From positions 389,832 through 453,831 of the forward strand of contig CAWKEB010000002.1 in assembly GCA_963848505.1 (NCBI GenBank): a stretch of DNA of 64,000 bases, read 5' to 3'. Of the stretch, positions 1-9,376 are shown one piece after another; positions within the stretch are counted from its first letter, which is position 1; each line of letters opens with the position of its first letter. Made by a program: the position numbers and the translations under genes. The notes beneath the pieces were generated by a model. It was not told the origin of the DNA and did no database searches. It worked only from the letters and a program-made list of their open reading frames with translations. This stretch comes from Candidatus Krumholzibacteriia bacterium. Its GTDB lineage: Bacteria > Krumholzibacteriota > Krumholzibacteriia > LZORAL124-64-63.

Positions 1-1860
1 GAAACCCGTCGTGTCGGCAGGCAGGATGACCGTCTCGGTGGTGCCGCCAATCGTCTGGGAGGCCGTGAAGAAGTAGTGCAGCCGGTCGCCGGGGAACAGG
101 AACCCGGTGTCCGGCAGATCGTAGAGCCAACGCGCGGCGTCAATGGGCGTGCAGGCGACGCTGCCCTGGTCCGGCAGCCCGGCCGTGCGCCAGGGATCGA
201 ACAGCGGGTTGCGCCGCAGCAGGTAGTGCAATTGCGGCGGGCCGTCGAGCACGGCCCCGGTGCCCAGCGGTTTGCAGGTGATCTGGAGCGCGTCGGACGG
301 CGTGCTGGGCGGATCGACCGCGAGCGAGGCCTTGAACGGCACGCTGTTGGCCCCGAGGTCCATCAGGTCCACCTCGCCGCTGCCGGGGAAGGCGTCAGCG
401 GCGAGATTGCCGATTTCGACCGACAGCGACGGTCCGCCGGCTGCGTACGTGGCCACCCGCACGTTGTCGAAGTACGGCGCCGGCGTGGCATCGTTGCCCT
501 CCCAACCCCAGACCCAGCCGTACTCGATGGCGGCCAGCCGCACCTGGACGTGCGTGCGCCCGGGCACCAGCAGATCGTCCAGGTCATGGGTCTCCCGCAA
601 GTACTGGGGCCCGCCGTAGGAGACGACGCTGCGGTCGCGCCAGGAGGCCCGCGCCAGGTCGGCCGGATTGCCGCTGGCCACCGAGCGAACCTTCCAGGTG
701 TAGAACACCCCAGGCGCGTCGCCGGTCAGGTCCTCGTGGCGATAGACATCAAACGAGAGCCGGGCGCCGTCGTGGGCCGGGTCCGTCCAGGCCAGCGGTG
801 GCGAGATCACGGCGTTGTGCAGCTTCGTGGCCTGCTGGCCTGTCCAGTAGGGAAAAAGTGCTTCGGAGGTGCCGCCGGTCGAATTGACCACGTAGCCGCT
901 CGGCCCGTAGCACCAGCTGATGCAGGTCGAGCCGCCGGTGCCCGGCACCACCACCCCGTCGTCGATGAAGGCCATCTGGGGCGTGGTGTTGTTGCGGCAG
1001 GGGTCGAGGTCGCCCAGACCGGCCCAGAGCTTGGCGTAGTCACCCACACCCGGCGGCAGGAAGACCGCGAGCGCGCCCAGGGTGCCGTCCTCGAAGTCGC
1101 AGCTGGCGCCTCTGCCGTTGTCCAGGGTGATGACCACATCGTCCAGCTGGATGGCGCCGTCGTTGGGGAAGAGGCAGTCGTTGCCCCCGAAGCCGCCGTC
1201 GGAGTGGAAGCGGAACAGCACCCGCACCTCGTCGCCGGCCGGACCCAGGTACTCGCCCGGGGTGTAGACCGTCGTGCCGCCGGCCGGCGACGCGGTCAGC
1301 TGGCCCGAGGCCGACCAGAGATCGACGGTTGCCCCGCCGCTCTTCTCGCAGGAGATGTAGGCGTAGTCGTAGCCCGGTTCGGTGTCGAGGTTCACGATCG
1401 CCGACACCGTCACGGTGCACGGCTGGCTGTTGTCGATCACGGCGCCGCGCCATTCGAGGTAGTCGGCGGAATTGTTCGGGTAGCCGCCGACCTCGTCCCA
1501 GGCCTGCCCGCAGGAGGGAAGACCCGCATCACCGCACCAGGCGCTGAAGGTGCCGTTGACCGCATGGAAGGTGCTCACGTGCCAGAGGGGATCGTTGTCG
1601 GTGGTGTAGTCGATGCTGGTCCAGCCGTTCCAGTCGGCGGACCCGGCAGGGGATTCGAAGCTGCCGATCGCCGGCGCCCCGCTGCCGTGGGGCCCCATCA
1701 GGATCAGGGTGTCGACCTCCGCCTTGGCCGCGGGGCCGATCGGTCCGCCGACCAGGCGCGCTTCGCCTCCCGGCGACAGGCTCTCCGCGGGGACGGGACG
1801 GGCCGAGGCACCCAGGGGCAATGAGATGCACATCAACAGGCATACGAACAGGCAGCGCAT
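1..1860 (-). CDS. secreted hypothetical protein; its C-terminus lies beyond the left window edge
   Basis: Absent from the ORF track because it runs off the edge. I checked every triplet of this minus frame from 1 to 1860 and found no stop. ATG at 1860-1858 has GGAGG 8 nt upstream. The N-terminus MRCLFVCLLMCISLPLGASA looks like a signal peptide. Codons are GC3-rich. The plus ORF 76..1824 is its antisense shadow. Confidence 0.75.
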   Translation of the reverse strand, partial: MRCLFVCLLMCISLPLGASARPVPAESLSPGGEARLVGGPIGPAAKAEVDTLILMGPHGSGAPAIGSFESPAGSADWNGWTSIDYTTDNDPLWHVSTFHAVNGTFSAWCGDAGLPSCGQAWDEVGGYPNNSADYLEWRGAVIDNSQPCTVTVSAIVNLDTEPGYDYAYISCEKSGGATVDLWSASGQLTASPAGGTTVYTPGEYLGPAGDEVRVLFRFHSDGGFGGNDCLFPNDGAIQLDDVVITLDNGRGASCDFEDGTLGALAVFLPPGVGDYAKLWAGLGDLDPCRNNTTPQMAFIDDGVVVPGTGGSTCISWCYGPSGYVVNSTGGTSEALFPYWTGQQATKLHNAVISPPLAWTDPAHDGARLSFDVYRHEDLTGDAPGVFYTWKVRSVASGNPADLARASWRDRSVVSYGGPQYLRETHDLDDLLVPGRTHVQVRLAAIEYGWVWGWEGNDATPAPYFDNVRVATYAAGGPSLSVEIGNLAADAFPGSGEVDLMDLGANSVPFKASLAVDPPSTPSDALQITCKPLGTGAVLDGPPQLHYLLRRNPLFDPWRTAGLPDQGSVACTPIDAARWLYDLPDTGFLFPGDRLHYFFTASQTIGGTTETVILPADTTGF

Positions 1861-2024
1861 GGTCACACCCTCCAGGCACATCAGCGGGTCCGGTAATTTG
1901 TGAATCAGTATACCTGAATCGATTCCAACCGGTCAATTCGGCCCCGGACTTGCCCGCGGCCGCGACCGGGCGCTATAGTAGCCGCGGCACCACCAACTCC
2001 ACCTCTGCCCGAAGGACCCCGGTC

Positions 2025-2573
2025 ATGCCCGCATCGCGGATCAGGTTGCTGCTGCTTCTCTTGTTGGTCGGCTGCGCCGGGCAGCCCCCGCACCAGGACG
2101 ACGATCCCGCCGAGGTGGCCAAGACCTCCCTGACCACCGTCGGCGATCCGGCCCCGCTCTTCGCCGCCCCCCTGCTGGGCGGCGGCAGCTTCGACCTGGA
2201 GGCCCAGCGCGGCAAGGTGGTGCTGCTGAATTTTTTCGCCACCTGGTGCCCGCCCTGCATCGCCGAGATGCCGCACCTGCAGGCCGAGGTCTGGGATCGC
2301 TTCAAGGGCGACGGCTTCGCCATGGTCTCGGTGGCGCGGGAAGAGGATGCCGAGGTGGTCGCGCCCTTCGTAGCGAAGCACGGCGCGGGCTGGCCCTTCG
2401 CCCTGGACACGGACCGCAGCGTGTTCGCGCGCTATGCGGAAGCGTTCATCCCCCGCAGCTACGTGCTTGACCGCACGGGCCGCGTCATCTTCCAGGGCCA
2501 GGGCTACGCCGAGGCGGAGTTCGCCCACATGGTCGAGGTCATCGCCGCCGAACTGGCGAAGCCCGTCCCGTAG
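2025..2573 (+). CDS. TlpA/ResA-family thiol:disulfide oxidoreductase lipoprotein
   Basis: Internal ATG at 2025 gives MPASRIRLLLLLLLVGCAG, a lipobox signal. The thioredoxin motif is FFATWCPPCIAEMPHL. The upstream part of track ORF 1821..2573 looks non-coding. Confidence 0.85.
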   Translation: MPASRIRLLLLLLLVGCAGQPPHQDDDPAEVAKTSLTTVGDPAPLFAAPLLGGGSFDLEAQRGKVVLLNFFATWCPPCIAEMPHLQAEVWDRFKGDGFAMVSVAREEDAEVVAPFVAKHGAGWPFALDTDRSVFARYAEAFIPRSYVLDRTGRVIFQGQGYAEAEFAHMVEVIAAELAKPVP

Positions 2574-2581
2574 ACCGCGCC

Positions 2582-3082
2582 TCAGCGCCGCCCGTCGTCC
2601 AGCTCGCGCATACGGCGCAGGATGCCCAGGGGCGACTCGTGCCGGGCCGCTTCCATCAGCTTTTCCAGCCGCTGCTGCTGGTCGGCCTCCAGCGCCACGA
2701 ACTTCCGGCGCAGCCGCTCGGCGTAGGCGTCGCGCAGCACCACCAGCAGCTCCTCCAGCTCGTAGGGCTTGGGCAGGTAGCTGAAAGCGCCCAGCTTGGC
2801 GCACTCGACGGCGCTGCCCAGGGAACCGTGGCCGGTCAGGATGATCACCTCCAGGAACCGGTGCGCGGCCTTCAGGCGCGAGAGCAGCTCCTTGCCGTCC
2901 ATGCCGGGCATCTTGAGGTCCACCAGCGCCAGGTCGAACTTGTCGTCGACGCACAGGGCCAAAGCCTCGGCACCGCCGGCCGCAGTCGCGACCGCGAACC
3001 CCCGCAGCTCCAGCCGCTCCCTGAGGGCGGCCACGAACGGCGCCTCGTCGTCGACCACCAGGATGCGTATCGAGTCCGCCAT
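2582..3082 (-). CDS. single-domain response regulator (receiver plus short C-terminal helix)
   Basis: Receiver motifs ILVVDDE, DLALVDLKMPGMDG, ILTGHG and YLPKP are present. GGAGG lies upstream. The gene starts 16 nt after the stop of the upstream gene. Confidence 0.85.
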   Translation of the reverse strand: MADSIRILVVDDEAPFVAALRERLELRGFAVATAAGGAEALALCVDDKFDLALVDLKMPGMDGKELLSRLKAAHRFLEVIILTGHGSLGSAVECAKLGAFSYLPKPYELEELLVVLRDAYAERLRRKFVALEADQQQRLEKLMEAARHESPLGILRRMRELDDGRR

Positions 3083-3098
3083 CAGCCTACCTCCGCGT

Positions 3099-5147
3099 TC
3101 AGGCCCCGAGTCCCAGCCAGCGCCAATAGCCCCAGAAGGCCCACCCCCACAGCACGATGAAGCTCAGCACCCAGACCACCGCGCCGTGCTTCAGGAAGTC
3201 GGTCCGCGTCACCAGCTGCTGCCCCGTCAGCGGATCGCGGCAAAGGATGTAGACCAGCGCGCTGGCCGGCGTGCCGATGATCAGCATGTGCGCGAACGAC
3301 GAGGCGAAGGCGGTCGCGAAGCCCAGGACCCAGGGGTGCAGACCCGCCGCCTGGGCCATGGGCACGGTGATCGGACCCAGCGCCGCCACCGTGGCCCCGT
3401 CGCTCATGAAGTTGGTGACCACGCCCGTGATCAGGCTGACGGCCACCGGCAGGAAGCGGTCATGCAGCAGCGGCTCGGGCACCGCGCCCAGGAAACCCTG
3501 GGCCAGGTAGAGGGCGCCGCCGGTCTCGGCCAGGCCGCGGCCCAGGGCACTGGCCCCGCCGTAGAGGAAGACCACGTCCCAGGGCACCCGCGTGATGTCG
3601 CGCCAGTCGGCCACCCCCAGCACGTTCAGCAGCACCAGCCCGCCCAGCACGGGACCGCCCATGCCCAGGCGCTCGCCGCCGAGTATCCACCCCGCCACCA
3701 CCAGCAGGGACACCGCCGCGGTCAGCTTCTCGTCGCGGGTCAGGGGGCCGAGGCGGCTGCTCTCCTCCCGGGCCACCTGCGCCGCGTTCAGTCCCCGGGC
3801 GGGCAGCTGCCGCCGGAACGCCAGCAGGAAATACAGGCCCAGGACCAGGGACGCCACCGGCACGAAGGGCAGGCCGAAGCGCATCCACTGCAGGAACGTC
3901 GGTGCTGTGCCGTAGTCGGAGAGGATGCCCACCATGATGGCGTTGCGGCCGCCGGCGGCCGGGGAGCCGGGCCCGCCCAGGTTCGAGCCGAAGCAGACCA
4001 GCAGCGCGAACAGCACCAGCATCGCTCGCGGATCACGGCCGGGCTCCCGCGGCAGCCGCTGCCAGACCATGATCAGCATGGGCATCACCAGGGTCACCAG
4101 GATGGTCTCGCTGATGAACGAGCAGGCCAGGGCGAAGACGGGCAGGAACACGAAAAGCAGGGTCAGCGGTCCGCGCACCGGCCGCAGCAGCAGCATGGCG
4201 ATGCGCTTGTCCAGGCCGGTGCGGGCCATCACCCGCGACAGCGCCAGCACGCCGAAGATGAACACCACCGCGTCCTTGGCGAAGGACTGGGCGATGGCGT
4301 CCGGACGCATCACCCCGCCCACGTAGAGCACCACCGCCACCAGCAGCGCGGTCGCGCCGATGGGCACGGCGCCGGTGGCCCAGAAGATCGCCGCCACGGC
4401 GATCAGCGCGATCATCAGCTGGGTGCGGCCGGCCACGCGGCGGGCCCGGTCCGGCTGGTCCGTGGCGATGCCCGGGGGCGCGAAGCGGTCGAGGTAGTGG
4501 TCGGCGATCGTGTCGCCCGGATCCAGCTCCCCGTACGAGGCATAGCCGGCGATGGGGTCGTCCGCGCGCTCGGCTGCACGCGGCGTCGCCAACAGGGTCA
4601 CCAGCCGGGGCGCCGGCGGCAGGAATGCGGCCAGCACCAGGGACAGCAGGCCCGCCAGCATGATCGTCAGCACCACCGTGCGCCGGTTCGGCCGCAGGGG
4701 CCGCGGCGGCCGACGCTTGTCCTTGCGCAGGGGCGCGTCGCGGCGGGCCAGGGCGTGGGCGTGCTCACGGTCGGCCTCCCACAGCACCGGCTCGAGTTCG
4801 TCGACCGGCAGCGGCTTGGCCAGGAAGCGGAACACGCCGAGGCGCCCCATCTCGGCGGCCATGTCCACCGAGCCGTGGGCGGTGAGCATGATCACCGGCA
4901 CCTCGGGCCGGTAGCGGCGCAGCTCGACCAGGGTGGCGGCGCCGTCCATGCCCGGCATCACGAAATCGAGCACGACCATGTCCAGGTCGCGGTCGGCGCG
5001 GGCCAGGCGCAGGGCCTCCTCGCCGCTCTGCGCCTGGGCGACGTCGAAGCCGCGCAGCGCCAGGCGCTCGGCCAGGGAGCGGCGGAAGCCCTCCTCGTCG
5101 TCCACCAGCAGCACGCGCGGCCGATGCCCTGTCTTGCGGTTGTCCAT
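3099..5147 (-). CDS. receiver domain fused to an ion-transporter-superfamily (SLC13/DASS-, ArsB/NhaD-like) permease
   Basis: The N-terminal receiver has LLVDDEE, VLDFVMPGMDG, MLTAHG and FLAKP. About 550 aa of polytopic membrane protein follows, with duplicated hairpin-type motifs GSNLGGPGSP and TNFMSDGAT. Confidence 0.8.
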   Translation of the reverse strand: MDNRKTGHRPRVLLVDDEEGFRRSLAERLALRGFDVAQAQSGEEALRLARADRDLDMVVLDFVMPGMDGAATLVELRRYRPEVPVIMLTAHGSVDMAAEMGRLGVFRFLAKPLPVDELEPVLWEADREHAHALARRDAPLRKDKRRPPRPLRPNRRTVVLTIMLAGLLSLVLAAFLPPAPRLVTLLATPRAAERADDPIAGYASYGELDPGDTIADHYLDRFAPPGIATDQPDRARRVAGRTQLMIALIAVAAIFWATGAVPIGATALLVAVVLYVGGVMRPDAIAQSFAKDAVVFIFGVLALSRVMARTGLDKRIAMLLLRPVRGPLTLLFVFLPVFALACSFISETILVTLVMPMLIMVWQRLPREPGRDPRAMLVLFALLVCFGSNLGGPGSPAAGGRNAIMVGILSDYGTAPTFLQWMRFGLPFVPVASLVLGLYFLLAFRRQLPARGLNAAQVAREESSRLGPLTRDEKLTAAVSLLVVAGWILGGERLGMGGPVLGGLVLLNVLGVADWRDITRVPWDVVFLYGGASALGRGLAETGGALYLAQGFLGAVPEPLLHDRFLPVAVSLITGVVTNFMSDGATVAALGPITVPMAQAAGLHPWVLGFATAFASSFAHMLIIGTPASALVYILCRDPLTGQQLVTRTDFLKHGAVVWVLSFIVLWGWAFWGYWRWLGLGA

Positions 5148-5148
5148 G

Positions 5149-6654
5149 CTACCTCTTGAGCGGCAGGTCCACCGTGAAGGTGCTGCCTTCGCCCGCTGTG
5201 CTGGCCACCGACAACCGGCCGCCCAGCCCCTCGACGATGCCGTAGCTTACGCTCAGGCCCAGGCCCGTGCCCTTGCCCGGCTCCTTGGTGGTGAAGAAGG
5301 GCACGAACACCCGCTCCAGCTGCGCGGCGGTCAGGCCCACGCCGGTGTCCTCGACCTCGATGCGGAAGCGTTCGCCTGCGCGCCGGGTGTGCACCGTCAC
5401 CAGGCCCTTATGGGCCACGGCGTCCACGGCGTTCTTCAGCAGGTTCAGCAGCACCTGCCGCAGCTGGTCCGGGTCGGTGACCACCGTGCCCAGTTGCGGA
5501 TCGTAGTCCCGCGCCACCGACACGCCCGCGTTGTCCAGTTCGGCCTTGAGGATGCCTTCGATCAGCTCGTCCAGCAGGACGTGCGGATCCCGCTCCACCA
5601 GCCGCACCTCGCCCTGGCGCACGAAGCCCAGCAGCCGACGAGTGATGCCCGTGGCCCGGTATACCGCCGTCTCGATCGCCGCCAGGTGCTCGCGCACCAC
5701 CTCGGGCGTGGCCTCGCGCCCGAAGCGCGGGTCCAGCAGGTCCTTGATCAGGCCCGCCTTCTCCGCCACCACGGCCAACGGGTTGTTCACCTCGTGGGCA
5801 ATGCCGGCCGAGAGCTCGCCGACGGTGGCCAGGCGCGCCGCGTGCACCAGCTGCCGGGTCAGCTCCTGCTCCTTCTGCAGCGCGGCGTACTGCTGGGCCG
5901 CGACCCAGTGCGCCTGCAGCCGGATCACCAGGCCGCCGATCAGGCAGAAGGCCGCCGACACCAGCCACAGGTTCGTCGCGATGTCCGCCAGCAGCCCGCG
6001 ACCCGCCGCCGGCACCGGCAGCAGGCCGCCCTCGATCGCCTGCAGGTGGGCCGCCGTGATCTCGGGCGAGATCACCGCCCGCAATATGCGCGTGCTGCCG
6101 GCCGGCTCCAGCTTCAAGGCCATGGTGTAGTGGGGCTGGCCGCGAAAGCCCAGGTAGACGTCGGTGATCACGTGGGACGAAGCGCCGGCCAGCAGGCGGG
6201 TGAACCAGGCCTCCTGGGCGTAGCTGCGGTCCGCGAGTTCGGGCAGCGGCCCGGCGTAGGCCAGCACCCTGCCCCGGATGTCCAGCACCGCCAGGTCCAC
6301 GAACACGTCGCTGGCCTGCTGCAGTTGGGCCAGGTTGCGGGCCAGGTCGGCCGGATCCGGCGCCAGCAGGGCCCGCGGCTCGTCGGTCAAGCCGGTCAAG
6401 TTCAGCAGGCGGTCGCCCAGGAAGAGGTCGATCAGCGCCGCCTGGTGCTCGGCCATGGCCTGCAGGTGGCGGCGCTCGGCGTCGCGGGCGACGATCCGGT
6501 ACTGGACATGGAAGAACACCGTAAGCAGCAGCAGGGGAATGAAATAGAGAAAGACCAGCCGCAGCACGGCGTGGCGCAGCAGGGCGCGATAGGCGGCATC
6601 GCGACCCCACTCGGGGCGCGCCTTGGCGGCGCGCGGGTCGACCCGTCCGGTCAT
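5149..6654 (-). CDS. sensor histidine kinase with a periplasmic PDC/Cache-like region
   Basis: ATG at 6654 was chosen; the 845-aa track ORF is an upstream over-extension. There are two TM segments, an H-box (SAGIAHEVNNPLAVV), an N-box (LLNLLKNAVDA) and a G2 motif (GTGLGLSVSYGIV). The stop lies 1 nt before the next start. Confidence 0.85.
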   Translation of the reverse strand: MTGRVDPRAAKARPEWGRDAAYRALLRHAVLRLVFLYFIPLLLLTVFFHVQYRIVARDAERRHLQAMAEHQAALIDLFLGDRLLNLTGLTDEPRALLAPDPADLARNLAQLQQASDVFVDLAVLDIRGRVLAYAGPLPELADRSYAQEAWFTRLLAGASSHVITDVYLGFRGQPHYTMALKLEPAGSTRILRAVISPEITAAHLQAIEGGLLPVPAAGRGLLADIATNLWLVSAAFCLIGGLVIRLQAHWVAAQQYAALQKEQELTRQLVHAARLATVGELSAGIAHEVNNPLAVVAEKAGLIKDLLDPRFGREATPEVVREHLAAIETAVYRATGITRRLLGFVRQGEVRLVERDPHVLLDELIEGILKAELDNAGVSVARDYDPQLGTVVTDPDQLRQVLLNLLKNAVDAVAHKGLVTVHTRRAGERFRIEVEDTGVGLTAAQLERVFVPFFTTKEPGKGTGLGLSVSYGIVEGLGGRLSVASTAGEGSTFTVDLPLKR

Positions 6655-6780
6655 GGCCCTCCTGCCGTCGGTGCGCCGGGACACCCGGGACGGCCCCGGG
6701 TACCAAAAGGATACAACAGGAACACGGTCGTTCGCAGGAGAAACCCGCTGCGCCTCCCGTCTTCGCGGCGGCGGGGGGAT

Positions 6781-6810
6781 TTGCTCCCCGACCGGCCGCA
6801 CCCGTATAGT
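6781..6810 (+). promoter_or_regulatory. candidate sigma70-type promoter (TTGCTC-N18-TATAGT)
   Basis: Read directly from the lower-GC spacer upstream of the 6877 gene. Confidence 0.35.
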
Positions 6811-6876
6811 AAGATACGATAACAGGAGAATCTGGGAATCGGGCCGCGCCCGGCCCTGAATCCGAAGGATGATGCC

Positions 6877-7485
6877 ATGCGCCCGCTCACGCTGATCGTC
6901 CTGGTGCCTCTGTTGGCGGCCGCCGTGCCCGCTGTCGCCGACCTGACGAACCTGCAGAACGCCATCGGCCTGTACACCGACGTTCCCGGCGACCTGTCCA
7001 ACGTGAACCAGTTGGTGGTGTACGAAGGCGATCCGGGCACGTTCCCGGTGTACGTGGTGCTGACCAACCCCTACAACGAGAACACCGGGGCGTCGATCAG
7101 CCGGGTCGGGGGCTTCGAGTTCCGGCTCGAACTGCCCTCGAACATCATCCTGCTGGACGCCACGCAGCAGCCGTCGTCGATCAACTTCATGAATCCGCCC
7201 AACTTCTGCGTGGGCACGAGCATCTTCGTTTCCGGCGACGTGGCCCTCCTGCTGACCCTGACCCTGGGCGAGTTCAGCGGCAGCGGCGGCCGGATCATGC
7301 TGTCGCCGGTTTCGACCTACCCGTCGATCGCGGGCTCCATGGCGGTGACCGACGCCGACGACGACTTCTCCCTGTCGGCGGCCGTACCCGCGTCGGGCCG
7401 TTTCGATGCGCCGGTGTTCTGCGTCTTCTGCCGCCAATACGACGAGGAGTCCACCTGGGGCGGCATCAAGACCCTGTTCCGCTAG
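6877..7485 (+). CDS. small secreted protein carrying the C-terminal WG-K tag (ends ESTWGGIKTLFR)
   Basis: Signal peptide MRPLTLIVLVPLLAAAVPAVA; GAAGGA lies upstream of the ATG. I recognise no family. Confidence 0.7.
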   Translation: MRPLTLIVLVPLLAAAVPAVADLTNLQNAIGLYTDVPGDLSNVNQLVVYEGDPGTFPVYVVLTNPYNENTGASISRVGGFEFRLELPSNIILLDATQQPSSINFMNPPNFCVGTSIFVSGDVALLLTLTLGEFSGSGGRIMLSPVSTYPSIAGSMAVTDADDDFSLSAAVPASGRFDAPVFCVFCRQYDEESTWGGIKTLFR

Positions 7486-7505
7486 CCGCGCCGCCCGGTG
7501 TCCCG

Positions 7506-8498
7506 CTAGGGCCGCGGCCCGTCGTGGCACTGGTAGCAGGACACCCCGGTCCATCCCCCGCGGAAATCCGCTCCGTGGCACACCGAGCACGAGTGGGTGC
7601 CGAAGTCCTCGGCGTAGGTTCCGTGCTGGTTCCGACCGCGCCAGCCGATGGGATGCCCGCCCGGCCCGTCGTGGCAGGCGTAGCACGAGACCTCGCTCCA
7701 GCCGCCCTGGTAGTCCTCGCCGTGGCAGTTGCGGCAGCTGAGGGCCGAATTCTCCGCGACGAACGGGCCGTGGTTCGAGCCCAGCTCCCAGTTGGGCTCG
7801 TGGCCGCCGGGGCCGTCATGGCAGCGCCAGCAGGAGATGCCGCTCCAGCCGCCGAGGTAGTCCTCCCCGTGGCAGGGCTTGCAGGACAGGGCGGAGTTGC
7901 GGTTCACCTCGGTGCCGTGGCGCGAGGTTGTCCAGCTGCCGGAGTGGCCGCCCGGTCCGTCGTGGCACTGGTAGCACGAGACGCCGCTGCTGCCGCCGGT
8001 GAAATCCGCGCCGTGGCAGCCGACGCACGACGATGCGCTGCTGCCCCGCACGTACGCCCCATGCTGCGCCCCTTCGGCCCAGTCTTCGGGATGGGCGCCG
8101 CTGGGTCCGTCGTGGCACTGGTAGCACGACACACCGCTCCAGCCGCCCAGGTAGTCGTCGCCGTGGCAGGCTGCGCAGAGCGCCGCGCCGTTGGCCTCGA
8201 CCTCGGCACCGTGGCCGGCAGGATCGGCCCAGCCCGCGGGATGGCCGCCGGGCCCGTCGTGGCAGCCGTAGCAGCCCGGCGTACCGTCCTTGCCCTGCCA
8301 ATCGTCGCCGTGGCAGCCGGTGCACGAGTCGAGACCCCGCGCGGCGACGTACTCGCCGTGGAAATCGGGCGAGCTCTCCTGGATCCAGCTGTCCGGATGG
8401 GCGCCGAGGCCGGGATCGTCGGCGCGTTCGGCGCAGCCGGCCAGGAGCAGCAGGGCCCAGGCGCCGAGGAGGCAGGCGAGGTTTGCCGGGCGGTTCAT
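7506..8498 (-). CDS. 12-heme c-type cytochrome lipoprotein built from six diheme repeats
   Basis: ATG at 8498 gives MNRPANLACLLGAWALLLLAGCAE, a lipobox signal. There are 12 CXXCH motifs in a repeated pattern CxxCHGxD[YFW]xGGxxGxSC[YW]xCHDGPGGH. The upstream part of the 648-aa track ORF overlaps the next gene in another frame. Confidence 0.85.
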   Translation of the reverse strand: MNRPANLACLLGAWALLLLAGCAERADDPGLGAHPDSWIQESSPDFHGEYVAARGLDSCTGCHGDDWQGKDGTPGCYGCHDGPGGHPAGWADPAGHGAEVEANGAALCAACHGDDYLGGWSGVSCYQCHDGPSGAHPEDWAEGAQHGAYVRGSSASSCVGCHGADFTGGSSGVSCYQCHDGPGGHSGSWTTSRHGTEVNRNSALSCKPCHGEDYLGGWSGISCWRCHDGPGGHEPNWELGSNHGPFVAENSALSCRNCHGEDYQGGWSEVSCYACHDGPGGHPIGWRGRNQHGTYAEDFGTHSCSVCHGADFRGGWTGVSCYQCHDGPRP

Positions 8499-8503
8499 GG
8501 TGC

Positions 8504-9376
8504 TCAACCTCCGTGGCATGCGGCGCAGCTGGGCGCGGTCGGGCCGTCGCCGTGGCAGGCGATGCAGGATTCGGCCTCGAAGGCGCCGTCGACCGCGTGC
8601 TGTCCGCCGTCGCCGCTGCGCACCCAGCCGACCCGCGAGTGGCTGTCCGGCAGGACCCGGAACTGGGCGTGGCACGAGGTGCAGAACTCGGCCTCGGTGT
8701 GGCACACGGCGCAGTCGAGCTCGTTGCCACGGGCCTTGCTCGCATGGTCGTAGGCGAAGTTCAGGGTGTGGCTGCGCGGGCGCACGTTGTCGCCGGCGTG
8801 GCATTCCTGGCAGGTCGTCTGGGTGTGGCAGCCCGCGCACAGCATGGCGTCGTCGCGGGCCGGACCGCCGTGGCCCACGTCCCAGCCCACGGTGTGCGAA
8901 GCCGGCTTCAATTCCCGCGCCGGGGCATGGCAGACCCGGCAGTCGGCGTAGGCGTCGGCGGTCTCGTGGCAGGCACGGCAGTCGGGCTTGCCCGGCAGCA
9001 TGGGATCGGCGGCGGCCGGGTCGCCGTGGCAGGCGGCGCAGGCGATGCCGGCCGCGGCATGGGCCGCGTGGGCGAAGCGCTCGGCGCCGTACGCACGGAC
9101 CGCATAGTCGCCGGCCTCGTCCACGTTGAGGTGGCACATGGCGCAGGCCGTGTCGTCCTCGACATCGTGACAGGCGGCGCAGACGTCCATTTCCGGCCGA
9201 TGGGATTCGGCGGCGGCGGTCGAGGCGTCGACGCCCTCGTGGCACACGGTGCACTCCACGTCGTTCTCGAAGTGGGTGCGGTGGGGCATGATGATGCGGT
9301 CCGGCAACTCGGCAAGGGCGGCGAACGCCAGCAGCAGGATCGCCGCCGACGGAATCAGGATCCTGGTCACAGCCAA
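8504..9376 (-). CDS. periplasmic 12-heme c-type cytochrome
   Basis: Signal peptide plus 12 CXXCH motifs in 290 aa. The gene overlaps the upstream gene by 10 nt and ends 5 nt before the next start. Confidence 0.85.
   Translation of the reverse strand: MAVTRILIPSAAILLLAFAALAELPDRIIMPHRTHFENDVECTVCHEGVDASTAAAESHRPEMDVCAACHDVEDDTACAMCHLNVDEAGDYAVRAYGAERFAHAAHAAAGIACAACHGDPAAADPMLPGKPDCRACHETADAYADCRVCHAPARELKPASHTVGWDVGHGGPARDDAMLCAGCHTQTTCQECHAGDNVRPRSHTLNFAYDHASKARGNELDCAVCHTEAEFCTSCHAQFRVLPDSHSRVGWVRSGDGGQHAVDGAFEAESCIACHGDGPTAPSCAACHGG

Noticed and set aside
76-1824. 582-aa plus-strand ORF
   Set aside because: It has an Arg/Gly/Ala-rich composition and no motifs. It lies exactly antisense to a minus-strand frame that is open across 1-1860 and has a signal peptide and an SD. 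It is a typical high-GC shadow ORF.
5149-7686. N-terminal over-extensions of track ORFs (845-aa kinase; also 7506..9452, 30764..32848, 37470..40589, 48953..52816 and 59539..62175)
   Set aside because: The extensions overlap neighbouring genes in other frames and lack coding-like composition. Internal starts with SD sequences and signal peptides or canonical N-termini fit better.
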